The position numbers and the translations under genes are program-made. From Candidatus Micrarchaeota archaeon (GTDB lineage: Archaea > Micrarchaeota > Micrarchaeia > Anstonellales > Bilamarchaeaceae), in contig JBDRLQ010000002.1 of assembly GCA_043812915.1 (NCBI GenBank), positions 1 to 43,830 on the forward strand: DNA of 43,830 nt, read 5' to 3'. Positions 1-8,796 of this stretch are shown here, in pieces. The notes under the pieces were generated by a model that did no database searches, was not told the DNA's origin, and saw nothing but the letters and a program-made list of their open reading frames with translations. Within the stretch, counting starts at the first letter, position 1; each line of letters opens with the position of its first letter.

Positions 1-136
1 GAAAAGGCTCCAGGGCTTTTTTCTCATACTTCTTATATCTGACCCTGCGGTTGAGGCGCTTGATTCTTTCTATCAAGTCGCCCTTCTTCTTCTCCAGTTC
101 GTCAATCCTTGTCTTAAGGTCCTCTTCGCTCTCCAT
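1..136 (-). CDS. N-terminal part of a coiled-coil protein, running off the window edge
   Basis: Manual translation from ATG at 136: MESEEDLKTRIDELEKKKGDLIERIKRLNRRVRYKKYEKKALEPF, heptad-like. GTGAT SD lies upstream. Not in the ORF track. Confidence 0.7.
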   Translation of the reverse strand, partial: MESEEDLKTRIDELEKKKGDLIERIKRLNRRVRYKKYEKKALEPF

Positions 137-258
137 GCCGATCACAGCTTCAATCAAAATGAGCGTCGTTCTCTTCAACTAACCTTACAATGAAGTATTT
201 AAAAACATTCTTAGCGACCCTATTTCCACTCTGAATTCTAATTAATGGACGTGATGAA

Positions 259-1515
259 ATGAAAGACTGTAGCAGGAAGTATCTCGACCTATTCCTTTGG
301 ATCGTTCTGGGAGTGATTCTCGGAACAGCGATATTCGTGCTGTTTCTGTCAGCGCCCCAGACTACTCCTCCGGCGGGGACGCAACCTTCAGTGCCGACAA
401 TCCCGCAGCCTCCGGCGCAACAGCCTCCGGCAGAGGTTGCAAAGCCCGAAGCCACCGTGACGGTCATAACTTATGATGGCTGTGAGGACTGCAATTCTAC
501 GGTTTACCTGCTCGGGCAGCTCAAGGATCTGGAGCCCAATTTCAACTTCACGCTCGCAGAAGCCATTATGGTAGCCCATGATTCACCCGAGGGCATCAGG
601 CTGATTGAGAAATACGGAATCGGAATGCTTCCAACGATGATTGTCTCAAGCGAGGCGTCTGTTGACACCACATTCTCGGGAGTGTGGGCGGCCAACGTGG
701 GAACTATCGAGAGCGACGGCTCGTTCGTTTTCAGGAAAATATATCCTCCATACTTTGAGGCAAGCTCGGATTCGGTGCGCGGCTTCGTTGATGCCTATGT
801 CATCAGCCCCGAGCGCTGCGATGAATGCGAGGATTTGAACGGCTTCATCGATTACCTTGCGGGGGACATGGTGCTCATCACCTTCTCAAGCAGGCAAAGC
901 CTGAATGAAAGCGACGATTTGGCGCAGGAGCTTATCGGGAGGTACAACATCACCAAGCTGCCTGTTTTCCTTCTCTCTAATGAGGTAACCGTCTATCCGG
1001 TTTATGGGGAGCAGCTTGCCTTGATAGTGAGCCCTGAGGCGGACGGGTGGCAGGTCCTTTCAGACTGGTTCCCCCCATACGTTGACCTGGGGAATGATCA
1101 TAAAATAGTCGGCCTTGTCGAAATTGTCAAGCTTGTCGATTCCAGCTGCGAGGATTGCTTCGACCCGGAGCCGCTGGCGCAGAGCATAACGTCTGCTTTC
1201 GGCCTGTATGTCGCTGAGCAGAACGAGTATGATATCAGCTCGCCTGAAGGCCGGGCGCTTGTTGAGAAATACGACATCACCCTGGTTCCGACAGTGCTCG
1301 TCTCCCCGGAAGCTTCTGAATATTCAGATTTCAGCGAGACCTGGACTTCTGCGGGTGACACGATGGAAGCGGATGGCTGGTATGTCTACCGCAGCCACGC
1401 GATGATTTCCTCGGAGCTCATATACCGTGATCTATCGGCTCCTGAACTACCTGAAAATCAGATGGAGCCTCCGGAATCGGAGCCGGAGGCTGAAAACGGG
1501 ACTACAGGCGCCTAA
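259..1515 (+). CDS. Membrane-anchored protein with three tandem thioredoxin-like CxxC domains
   Basis: N-terminal TM helix, Pro/Gln linker, then CEDC, CDEC and CEDC, each followed by a KY/RY-x-I-xx-L/VP segment (cis-Pro-loop-like). Confidence 0.75.
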   Translation: MKDCSRKYLDLFLWIVLGVILGTAIFVLFLSAPQTTPPAGTQPSVPTIPQPPAQQPPAEVAKPEATVTVITYDGCEDCNSTVYLLGQLKDLEPNFNFTLAEAIMVAHDSPEGIRLIEKYGIGMLPTMIVSSEASVDTTFSGVWAANVGTIESDGSFVFRKIYPPYFEASSDSVRGFVDAYVISPERCDECEDLNGFIDYLAGDMVLITFSSRQSLNESDDLAQELIGRYNITKLPVFLLSNEVTVYPVYGEQLALIVSPEADGWQVLSDWFPPYVDLGNDHKIVGLVEIVKLVDSSCEDCFDPEPLAQSITSAFGLYVAEQNEYDISSPEGRALVEKYDITLVPTVLVSPEASEYSDFSETWTSAGDTMEADGWYVYRSHAMISSELIYRDLSAPELPENQMEPPESEPEAENGTTGA

Positions 1516-2564
1516 AGCCAGCACTCAAGCAGGATGTCTTTTCCAACCTTCCTGCTCCTCATCTTTTTTATCTTCTTCGAGTTTTTTACCAATGCCGCTC
1601 CTTCCCCTCCGAAAACTCCTTTCGCATCCTTTCCGCCCATAATCTTCGGGGCTATGAACAGGTAGAGCATATCCACAATCCCAGAGTCCAGGGCGCTTGC
1701 GTTGATTCCACTGCCGCCCTCAATCAGGATCCTCCTCATGCCCATTGCGCCAAGGCCGAGGATGAGCTTCTTCATGTCCACCCTGTCCTTGCCGCAGACA
1801 AGGAGGTTCCCGAATCCCTTCTCTCTCTTGGCTGCCCTTTCGGTAGTCGCAATGAATGTTTTCCCATCTGGATTCTTCATAATCTTTGAATTGTGGCTAA
1901 TGCAAAGGTCCCCATCCACAATTATCCTATATGGGTTCCTGGCCCCTTTGGTTCTCGCCGTGAGCCGCGGATTGTCAATATTCACCGTGCCGGAGCCGAC
2001 GATTATGGCATCTGATTTAGAGCGCATCTCCATTACAAGCTCCCTGGCTTCCCCGGAGCTTATCCATTTCGAGTCTCCCGTCCTAGTCGCGGTTTTCCCG
2101 TCGGCGCTCATCGCCATCTTTATCGCGACAAAAGGCTTCCTTGTTATATGCATTATGTACTTTCTGTTTATGGAGGCTGCCATCTTTTCATCTGTTGGCC
2201 CCCGGACCGCCACTCCCGCGCCCGCAAGCTCTCTCCTTCCGCTTACCAGCGGGTTAGGGTCGCGCATCGCGAAGACTACCTGTTTTATCCCATTTGTGAT
2301 TATCGCCTTCGTGCATGGCGGGGTGCGCTTGTTGCTGTGCGAGCACGGCTCAAGGGTGACATACAAGGTACTCCCCGCAATCTCATGCCCATGTCTCCTG
2401 GCATCCTCAATCGCCTCAATTTCCGCATGTGGCATTCCTGCCTTCCTATGGTACCCACTGCCGATTACCTGCCCGCCTTTCACAAGCACCGCACCGACCT
2501 TTGGATTAGGGAACGGCTCCGCCTTTTTGGCAAGTTTTAGTGCCATCTCCATGTATCTGTCCAT
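1512..2564 (-). CDS. ribD: Bifunctional diaminohydroxyphosphoribosylaminopyrimidine deaminase/reductase
   Basis: PNPKVGAV, HAE, TLEPCSH..TPPC Zn motifs; reductase motifs SADGK, DNPRLT, EGG. Alternative GTG start at 2567. Confidence 0.95.
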   Translation of the reverse strand: MDRYMEMALKLAKKAEPFPNPKVGAVLVKGGQVIGSGYHRKAGMPHAEIEAIEDARRHGHEIAGSTLYVTLEPCSHSNKRTPPCTKAIITNGIKQVVFAMRDPNPLVSGRRELAGAGVAVRGPTDEKMAASINRKYIMHITRKPFVAIKMAMSADGKTATRTGDSKWISSGEARELVMEMRSKSDAIIVGSGTVNIDNPRLTARTKGARNPYRIIVDGDLCISHNSKIMKNPDGKTFIATTERAAKREKGFGNLLVCGKDRVDMKKLILGLGAMGMRRILIEGGSGINASALDSGIVDMLYLFIAPKIMGGKDAKGVFGGEGAALVKNSKKIKKMRSRKVGKDILLECWL

Positions 2565-2617
2565 CACTCCAAAACGTGTCCATTAGCATATATAATGGTT
2601 ATCTGCGTTTTCTGCAC

Positions 2618-3571
2618 ATGAGATGGCTGCTCAATATTATCCTCGCAGTAATGGTATTCACAGCACTGGCAGTCCTGGCGGTGGTTTTCATCCTTATCCC
2701 GAGGCTTGCAGAGCTCGAGTTCCCTGAAGTTCCGGGTGTGGGCCTCCCGGGCCTTTCCGACATGCCGATGGATGATGGGGAGCATCAACCCCCCAGGCCG
2801 GCTCTTCCTCCTGATATGCAGAGATATTATGAGCTCAAGAACACCTCCTGCGATACCCTGGCCGGCAATTTCCTGATAGTCGCCAGCGACGTCTCCTACG
2901 CCGAAATCTCGGGTCTCATCCCGATTATCCCGCAAGAGGAAGCCGTCGTGCAGGGGATTGCGCAGGGATATTCATTCAACCAGACAATCAAGACATATGT
3001 CCGTGGCGACTGGATGAAGCGGGTCGTCCAGGTGGATGGGCTGGAGCACACCACGATATGGAAAACCGGCCGCATATACGAGTGTGATGATGCGGGCTGC
3101 ACGATGGACCTGCTCTCGGATGAGCAGTCTGATAAGTATTACGCCGATATCCTGGCAATGAGGGCGAACTGCCTCCACCTTGGAAAAACCTCTCTTCCGG
3201 ATTCGGCAGACATCACAAAACTCCTCCAGATTGAGCGAACTGGGCTCGAGGAAATTGGCATCAGCAGGTGTGACAATTTCCTGATTAGCGCGAATCGCAG
3301 CTATGCCATGAGCCTGATTGAAGGCGAAGAGCTTGATGAGGGGCAGTATGCGCTGCTTTGGGCGCTTGCGAACATGGCTGCCCCTATGCAGGAGTGCCTG
3401 GATGAGAGCACTGGCATAACAGCGTACCGGAATATCACTCTGGATCTCACACACACCTATATTTTCGACTTCGAACCCGAAGGCTACTTCATAGCAAACC
3501 AGCAGACAGAGCTGCTTTATTTCACAGATGATGTTCCGGAATCCTTCCTGGGGCTCCCGGAGCAGGACTAG
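2618..3571 (+). CDS. Hypothetical membrane-anchored extracellular protein with several Cys
   Basis: ATG 2618 (MRWLLNIILAV..) avoids overlap with ribD. N-terminal TM helix, Pro-rich linker, acidic body. Confidence 0.7.
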   Translation: MRWLLNIILAVMVFTALAVLAVVFILIPRLAELEFPEVPGVGLPGLSDMPMDDGEHQPPRPALPPDMQRYYELKNTSCDTLAGNFLIVASDVSYAEISGLIPIIPQEEAVVQGIAQGYSFNQTIKTYVRGDWMKRVVQVDGLEHTTIWKTGRIYECDDAGCTMDLLSDEQSDKYYADILAMRANCLHLGKTSLPDSADITKLLQIERTGLEEIGISRCDNFLISANRSYAMSLIEGEELDEGQYALLWALANMAAPMQECLDESTGITAYRNITLDLTHTYIFDFEPEGYFIANQQTELLYFTDDVPESFLGLPEQD

Positions 3572-4149
3572 TCGAGCATATGCTCCATTTTCTCTTTTTT
3601 CGTTTCCAGGTATCTCTTGTTGTGCTCATTGGGCGTTATCACCAGTGGAATCCTCTCCACCACCAATATCCCGTGCTTCTTCATCTCCTGGATTTTCTGG
3701 GGGTTATTTGTAATGAGCCTGATTTTGTCAATTTTGAGCTGCTTGAGGATCTCCGCTGCCGCCCTATAATCCCTCAAATCCTCCGCAAATCCAAGGCTGA
3801 GGTTCGCCTCAACAGTATCCAGCCCCCCATCCTGCAGCGAGTATGCCCTGACCTTGTTGCACAGGCCGATTCCCCTCCCCTCCTGGTCAAGGTAAATCAG
3901 CACCCCGTGCCTCTTGCCTGCAATGTACTCCAGGGCGCTCTCAAGCTGCTCCCGGCAGTCACAGCGCAGGGATGAGAAGATATCCCCAGTCATGCACCTA
4001 GAATGTATCCGCACCGGCACGCTGCCATCCTCCTTGCCTTCATCCCGGACAAGCGCCAGATGCTCATATTCTCCATCGCTGAATGCATATATCTTGAATC
4101 TCCCGAACCGTGTCGGGAATTCCGCGGCCGATGCCATCTCCACGCTCAT
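3568..4149 (-). CDS. ribA: GTP cyclohydrolase II
   Basis: VRIHSRCMTGD..SLRCDC, QEGRGIGL, DTVEAN, LITNNPQK. Confidence 0.95.
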   Translation of the reverse strand: MSVEMASAAEFPTRFGRFKIYAFSDGEYEHLALVRDEGKEDGSVPVRIHSRCMTGDIFSSLRCDCREQLESALEYIAGKRHGVLIYLDQEGRGIGLCNKVRAYSLQDGGLDTVEANLSLGFAEDLRDYRAAAEILKQLKIDKIRLITNNPQKIQEMKKHGILVVERIPLVITPNEHNKRYLETKKEKMEHMLD

Positions 4150-5027
4150 GCCCTCAACACCCTCACAAGGCCCACTGCCGCGCTTACCGCGCGCTCCGCA
4201 TACCCATCCGCGCGCTCCTCGGCAGCATCGTAATCTGCATCATGCCCGATTATTCCAAGCGTCGCAGGCTTGTTGAATTCAAGCGACAGGTCGCTAAGCT
4301 TTCTTGCAACTGTCTTCGCAATCAGCTCATCATGAGCCGTGTCGCCTTTTATCACCGCGCCCAGGGAAACCACCGCGTCGTTGTTCTTGTCCATCAGCAG
4401 CTTCTTGGCAGCAAGGGGAATCTCGAACACTCCTGCAACCTGCATAACAATTGTGAGCTCAGCCTCCGCATTTCCTATCGCTTCCATCGCACTCTCAACC
4501 ATCCGCCCGGTTATCTCATCGTTGAACTGGGCCGCAACGATTGCGATTTTTATCTTCTTATCCTGCTCGCTTGCGGGGCCTTCGTCTGCCTTGCCCTGCC
4601 GCATGCCCTTTCCAGCGAATGATACGAGCGTCTCAGGGCTGGTGACTATCAGCACCGCGTTATGGGCGTGCTTCCGGACCCTGTTATTGCAGATTTCAAT
4701 GAATTCCTTATCGCTCCAGGCCTCGTTCTCGTGCACGAATGCCTCAATTACATGCTTATTGGTCAGCAGCTTCACCTGCTGTATGCCAAGAGAAGCCTCA
4801 TGCGCGCATACCTGGTCAACCGGAGCCCCACCGACCATCCCAAGGGCCATGCACGAGTCGCAGCCCTCATCAAGCAGCCTCTTGCATTCCACCGGCAGGT
4901 CCTTTACGCCTGGCACTGTTCTCCTTACAATCTCAACGTCTGGATAATGCTTCTTAATTTCGTCAAGCGCCATTGCTCCCATATCTGCCCTCGCGAACAT
5001 GGTATCGACGATTCCAATCTTAGCCAT
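4146..5027 (-). CDS. ribC-ribH: Fusion of archaeal-type riboflavin synthase (N-terminal) and 6,7-dimethyl-8-ribityllumazine synthase (C-terminal)
   Basis: N half: IGIVDTMFARADM, TVPGVKDLPV, CAHEASLG, FVHENEA, AGKGMRQG. C half: IVAAQFN, GVFEIP, LGAVIKGDTAHDE. One frame with no stop. ATG 5027 follows GGAGGG and overlaps the ribB stop. Confidence 0.9.
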   Translation of the reverse strand: MAKIGIVDTMFARADMGAMALDEIKKHYPDVEIVRRTVPGVKDLPVECKRLLDEGCDSCMALGMVGGAPVDQVCAHEASLGIQQVKLLTNKHVIEAFVHENEAWSDKEFIEICNNRVRKHAHNAVLIVTSPETLVSFAGKGMRQGKADEGPASEQDKKIKIAIVAAQFNDEITGRMVESAMEAIGNAEAELTIVMQVAGVFEIPLAAKKLLMDKNNDAVVSLGAVIKGDTAHDELIAKTVARKLSDLSLEFNKPATLGIIGHDADYDAAEERADGYAERAVSAAVGLVRVLRA

Positions 5028-5664
5028 AAACTTCCCTCCCTTCAAGGAATATGAATCCGTTCTTTTCCGCATACTCTCTTGCTTTCTCCTTGGGCAAAGC
5101 CTTTCCGCTGCCGAGCATCTCACAGAGCACCATCACTCCGCTAATGCCTGCCATTTTGGCAAGCTCAAGCGAGAGCTCTGTGTGGCCCTTCCTTTTCTCA
5201 ATCCCGCTACCGCGGAGCAGGAAAACATGCCCTGGAGAATAGAACTCATCCACGAACCTCTTCCTGATATCCCCCCCTTCCTTTGCGAGCTCCGCCATCT
5301 TGGTTATCGTTAGCGAGCGGTCATTGTCAGTGATGCCAGTATACACTCCCTTGTGGTTTACCGGAATCGCGAATGCGGGCCTGTCCTTGTATGCGGTCTT
5401 CGTGCATTCCATCTCCTTGATGCCTGAATCAGAGCCTGCGAGTATGTCTGTGTAGAATGGAAGGTCCAGCCTCTCCGCTATCTCTTGGGAAACAGCAACG
5501 CAGATTAGCCCCCCGGCATCCCTCCTGAGCCTTTCTATGTTCCCTGCTGATGCGAATAGAGCATGAAACATCAGGTCGGCCTCGCCCTCGCGCTCATCGC
5601 CGTCGTATACTACTATCATGCCTCCTTTCCTGAGCATGGCTGCGGCTTCTTCGGTTACAGTCAT
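5020..5664 (-). CDS. ribB: 3,4-dihydroxy-2-butanone 4-phosphate synthase
   Basis: YDGDEREGEAD, GGLIC, TGITDNDR, FYSPGHV, RKGHTE, LCEM. Confidence 0.95.
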   Translation of the reverse strand: MTVTEEAAAMLRKGGMIVVYDGDEREGEADLMFHALFASAGNIERLRRDAGGLICVAVSQEIAERLDLPFYTDILAGSDSGIKEMECTKTAYKDRPAFAIPVNHKGVYTGITDNDRSLTITKMAELAKEGGDIRKRFVDEFYSPGHVFLLRGSGIEKRKGHTELSLELAKMAGISGVMVLCEMLGSGKALPKEKAREYAEKNGFIFLEGREVYG

Positions 5665-5773
5665 AAGAATCGCTCATATCTATGTGCATTCAAGGATTTA
5701 AGTATCTACCGCCCCAGTTCAATTTAAATACATGAACTTCCTATAACTATATCTAGTTCTACGGTGATTTACG

Positions 5774-6877
5774 ATGACTGCAAGAGAGCGCAATCTAGGA
5801 TACATGGGCAGGCACACCCCTGCGTCTTTCGCGAAAGAGACTGGGGCATGGAAACGAATTCCGCTTCTTAGGGAAAATGAGGGGCGGCTCCCGCCAAATA
5901 TTATCGAGGTCGGGGACCGCAGGAGAGTAATCTCTGCAGCAAAAGGGCTGGGCCTTCAGCATCTGACAATGCTCCATGATTTCATGGGTGCAGAGGAAGG
6001 CATGAATGCTATGGGCCGTGTGAATGTGGCAATCGGCGCATTCGAGAGAAGCGGGAAGCAGATGGGCATAACGCTTCTGGAGACGCAGATGGGCTGCTCT
6101 GCGCAGGAAATCAATATGCGTGAAGTGCTATCGCTCACCAGCTCCGGCAACTATACCATGCCGGATGGCGATAGGCAGGATTCTGCCTGCGCCAGCGCAA
6201 TCCGTGTTGGGACTGCGGGGGGCATCATCTCCCCTGGAAAAAACCCAGTGCTTAAAATCGGGGATGCGGTCATCGCAGACAAAAGTTATGGATGGGTTGG
6301 GGCCGTCCTCCAACAGGAGCTTGGCCCGGATTATGTGGGTGAGATTGTCCGAAATGCCGTTTCTGAGCTGTGCCGGCAAACAAATCCCGGAGAACTATCC
6401 CCAGGTGAGCTAAAGCGGTTTCTTCGCAATATGCTCCCACTCCCGAGCATCCCCTCTGATAAGAAAGTGGTTGCGGCGCTTCTGAGAGCCTGCGATGAGC
6501 TTGCCATAGTTGCATATCTAGGTGGCAACCACAGCAAGGATTCCCTGTATGTGGAAGCGGATGAGGGGGCAATCGTGGCGCTTCGGGACCAATATGGCAT
6601 CCTGAGCACAGAGATGGAATCCTACGGGCTCAAGAGGCTTGCGGAGTTGTTCACCAAAGCCGGCAAGCACGTCCGCTCCGGCCTGATTTCCACGGTGGTC
6701 GGATTGGTCCCTGGAGGCTCCTTTGCAGAGCCTGGCTCAAAAGAGGAAGAGCGGGCAAAGAAAACAGAGGATGGCATCCTATATGCTGCAGCGTGTGCGT
6801 TGCATGATCTGGCATTCACAAATGATAATTGGGGGCGCGACTACCTCAAGCAAATAACTAGGGCAACCCAATCATAG
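5774..6877 (+). CDS. Nucleoside phosphorylase of the PNP/UDP family (uridine-phosphorylase-like, divergent)
   Basis: GDRRRV, QMGC, IRVGTAGGI, SKDSLY and STEMES motifs. Confidence 0.75.
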   Translation: MTARERNLGYMGRHTPASFAKETGAWKRIPLLRENEGRLPPNIIEVGDRRRVISAAKGLGLQHLTMLHDFMGAEEGMNAMGRVNVAIGAFERSGKQMGITLLETQMGCSAQEINMREVLSLTSSGNYTMPDGDRQDSACASAIRVGTAGGIISPGKNPVLKIGDAVIADKSYGWVGAVLQQELGPDYVGEIVRNAVSELCRQTNPGELSPGELKRFLRNMLPLPSIPSDKKVVAALLRACDELAIVAYLGGNHSKDSLYVEADEGAIVALRDQYGILSTEMESYGLKRLAELFTKAGKHVRSGLISTVVGLVPGGSFAEPGSKEEERAKKTEDGILYAAACALHDLAFTNDNWGRDYLKQITRATQS

Positions 6878-7792
6878 CGGCCTGCTGAAGCCCTCAAGGG
6901 CTTCCTTTGTTTCTTTTATCATATCCTCAAGCACAGCCTTTGTCTTTTGGCCCTTTGCTTCCTTGAGCATCCCTTCTGCCGCCTCAAGGAACTCGGCATA
7001 GTGCTTAATCGGGTTCTTGCACCTGGTTCCCCAATCGAAGACAGCGCATTTCATATCATGGCCTAATTCCTCGCCGAAGTTCTCAATCACCTTGGCCCTG
7101 AAGCCATCCGGGATAACAGAATCATCATACAGGAACCTCATATCTGTGCCATCTGGCATCAGGTGGAACAGCTGCTCACAAACGAAGAAATGCACTTTCG
7201 ATTCAGGGAAATCTCGTTTCATCCTGTCCTCTATTTCCTTCATTTTCTTAGCGCCCGCGACAGAGCAGGCAAGGGAGAAGACTATGAGGTCTGATATCCT
7301 CTGCTTCCGGAGCTGCAGTGCCTCAAAGAGGTGGTAGATGCCTTTCTGCAGTGTCGCGCCCGTTGCGATAGTATCCCCGATTATGACTGTTGCGTTATCT
7401 GGCAGGGACTCGAAGTTCTCGTATGTCGCGACCGCAGTGAACCCACCTTCAGTTCCCTCGACCCTCTGCCTTTTTATCCCGAGGAAGCATTGTGGCAGGG
7501 CCCGGTCGAAGACCCTCTTGAATCCCTGGTTCATTTGATAATAAAGCCCCCCTGCCAGAAAAACCAGCTCACTGATTTCCGAGGGCTTCTTCCCGTTAAG
7601 GGCAACCTTCCCGGCGGCCTTCATCATCTTCTCAGCCACTCCCTCCATCCTGTCCTGCAGCTCCTTGCCTGCAAGGTATGGCCTGAATAATATATGCGCC
7701 GTGTCCTCACCAGAGAGGATGTACGTGTTCTCAGGGAAATCCCCCCGTTCCATCTTATATAGCCGGTAATCATCTTCAAGGATGAGCTTCAT
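6872..7792 (-). CDS. Type I phosphoribosyltransferase-like protein (possibly uracil PRT-like)
   Basis: PRPP-binding loop VIIGDTIATGATL; C-terminal FDWGTR. Confidence 0.7.
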   Translation of the reverse strand: MKLILEDDYRLYKMERGDFPENTYILSGEDTAHILFRPYLAGKELQDRMEGVAEKMMKAAGKVALNGKKPSEISELVFLAGGLYYQMNQGFKRVFDRALPQCFLGIKRQRVEGTEGGFTAVATYENFESLPDNATVIIGDTIATGATLQKGIYHLFEALQLRKQRISDLIVFSLACSVAGAKKMKEIEDRMKRDFPESKVHFFVCEQLFHLMPDGTDMRFLYDDSVIPDGFRAKVIENFGEELGHDMKCAVFDWGTRCKNPIKHYAEFLEAAEGMLKEAKGQKTKAVLEDMIKETKEALEGFSRPL

Positions 7793-7867
7793 GAGTTCCT
7801 ATAATCCCGACAACTCAATAAAAAAGTATCCCACATCTGCCCAGGATTCTGATTTTTGTTACATCTC

Positions 7868-7910
7868 TTTATAAACGCCTGGAGCAAATTATGTTGACCT
7901 AAGGAGGTGA
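7868..7910 (+). promoter_or_regulatory. TATA box (TTTATAAA) and strong SD (AAGGAGGTGA) in front of a small ORF
   Basis: TTTATAAA at 7868-7875, AAGGAGGTGA at 7901-7910, ATG at 7916. Confidence 0.6.
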
Positions 7911-7915
7911 CTGAT

Positions 7916-7987
7916 ATGAAACTGAACGAAAATAGTTTGACGAACAAAACATCGGGTCTCCTTAGCGAATGCTGGCGCTGGTTCTAA
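7916..7987 (+). CDS. Small ORF or leader peptide MKLNENSLTNKTSGLLSECWRWF
   Basis: Manual translation; near-perfect SD 5 nt upstream. Confidence 0.4.
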   Translation: MKLNENSLTNKTSGLLSECWRWF

Positions 7988-8024
7988 CACCAAATCCTGC
8001 TTGTGTGAGCTGTGGGTGAATCTC

Positions 8025-8044
8025 TTAGGGCCGAAAGGCCCTGA
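8025..8044 (+). other. GNRA-tetraloop hairpin TTAGGGCC-GAAA-GGCCCTGA
   Basis: 8-bp stem (one G-U pair), GAAA loop, T-run shortly downstream. Confidence 0.55.
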
Positions 8045-8109
8045 AATTCCTTGTTTTTTGGGGAACTCCAAATGTTCGATATGCGAAGGATTCCTTTGCG
8101 GTGATGATG

Positions 8110-8643
8110 ATGGCGTTAGCAGCAACAATGATGAGATTGGAACAAACGAGGCCCGTTGGCAGGCCGGGAGGCGTTTCAGCCCCTGCTGCCAGCATGAGGC
8201 CTAGGACAACAATTGTGGATGTGGCTACCTTGGACATGGACCACTCGAGGACCGGACTGTACGGACTGTCTGGAGCCAGTGTGCGGCCCATCGATGCCGG
8301 GCACCCGCCCAAGGCAGATAAGATTCTAGCAAGAGCAAAGGGCCTCACTCCTGAGCAGGCCCGGGATCTTCAGGAACAGAATGTGGAACTGGTCTTCGTC
8401 CGTGAATGCGGATGTTTCCCTCTATGTGGGGTCAGGACCGAGGGCACGGTCGGGGACAGGAATGAGATTTTCGGAACTGCCGTGATTCCATATCTTGCGC
8501 TTTCCCCACAGCAGGCAGAGAGCCTCATGAGGATTGCCGCAAGCATGCCCAATCAAGAACAGGATTCGTGCAGATCGCGGGGTTCTGATGACGTTTCCAG
8601 CAAAGTTGTGCCCTTCGGCCTATATGGGGGCGGCGGGTGCTGA
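8110..8643 (+). CDS. Hypothetical protein (ORFan A)
   Basis: ORF-track frame 8101..8643. GGTGAT SD favours ATG 8110. T-rich tract after the stop. Confidence 0.6.
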   Translation: MALAATMMRLEQTRPVGRPGGVSAPAASMRPRTTIVDVATLDMDHSRTGLYGLSGASVRPIDAGHPPKADKILARAKGLTPEQARDLQEQNVELVFVRECGCFPLCGVRTEGTVGDRNEIFGTAVIPYLALSPQQAESLMRIAASMPNQEQDSCRSRGSDDVSSKVVPFGLYGGGGC

Positions 8644-8742
8644 TTTCTCTCTTTTTCTATTTCTTGGTGGGAATAAAGTGGGGGTATATTTAAAAACATT
8701 TCCAGACAATATAGCTTTACCAAACTTTCAGGAGGAATGAAA

Positions 8743-8796
8743 ATGAAAGAGAACGGAAGGGATTTACTTTTCCAGCAACAGGCTGGAAAAAGATGA
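8743..8796 (+). CDS. Small ORF or leader peptide MKENGRDLLFQQQAGKR
   Basis: TATTTAAAAA at 8687-8696, GGAGG at 8731-8735, in-frame ATGs at 8737 and 8743. Confidence 0.35.
   Translation: MKENGRDLLFQQQAGKR

Noticed and set aside
196..209. Identical 14-mer TATTTAAAAACATT at 196-209 and 8687-8700
   Set aside because: Explained as ordinary TATA-box promoter sequence, not a mobile or CRISPR repeat.
1702..2586. Long antisense ORFs (1702..2586, and likewise 4339..4947, 12279..12899, 17909..18565, 30016..30882, 37484..38113)
   Set aside because: They are shadows of well-supported genes on the opposite strand, with Ser/Phe/Ile-rich composition typical of antisense frames.
5028..5123. N-terminal extensions in the ORF track (ribC-ribH from 5123, gatE from 17613, GGR from 20815, 2540 start, rpoK from 43113)
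   Set aside because: They overlap neighbouring genes. Downstream ATGs match family N-termini and/or SD positions.
8010..8060. Hammerhead ribozyme suggested by GGCC-GAAA-GGCC followed by GAAA
   Set aside because: The required CUGAnGA core 5' of the stem is absent, and stems I and III are not evident.
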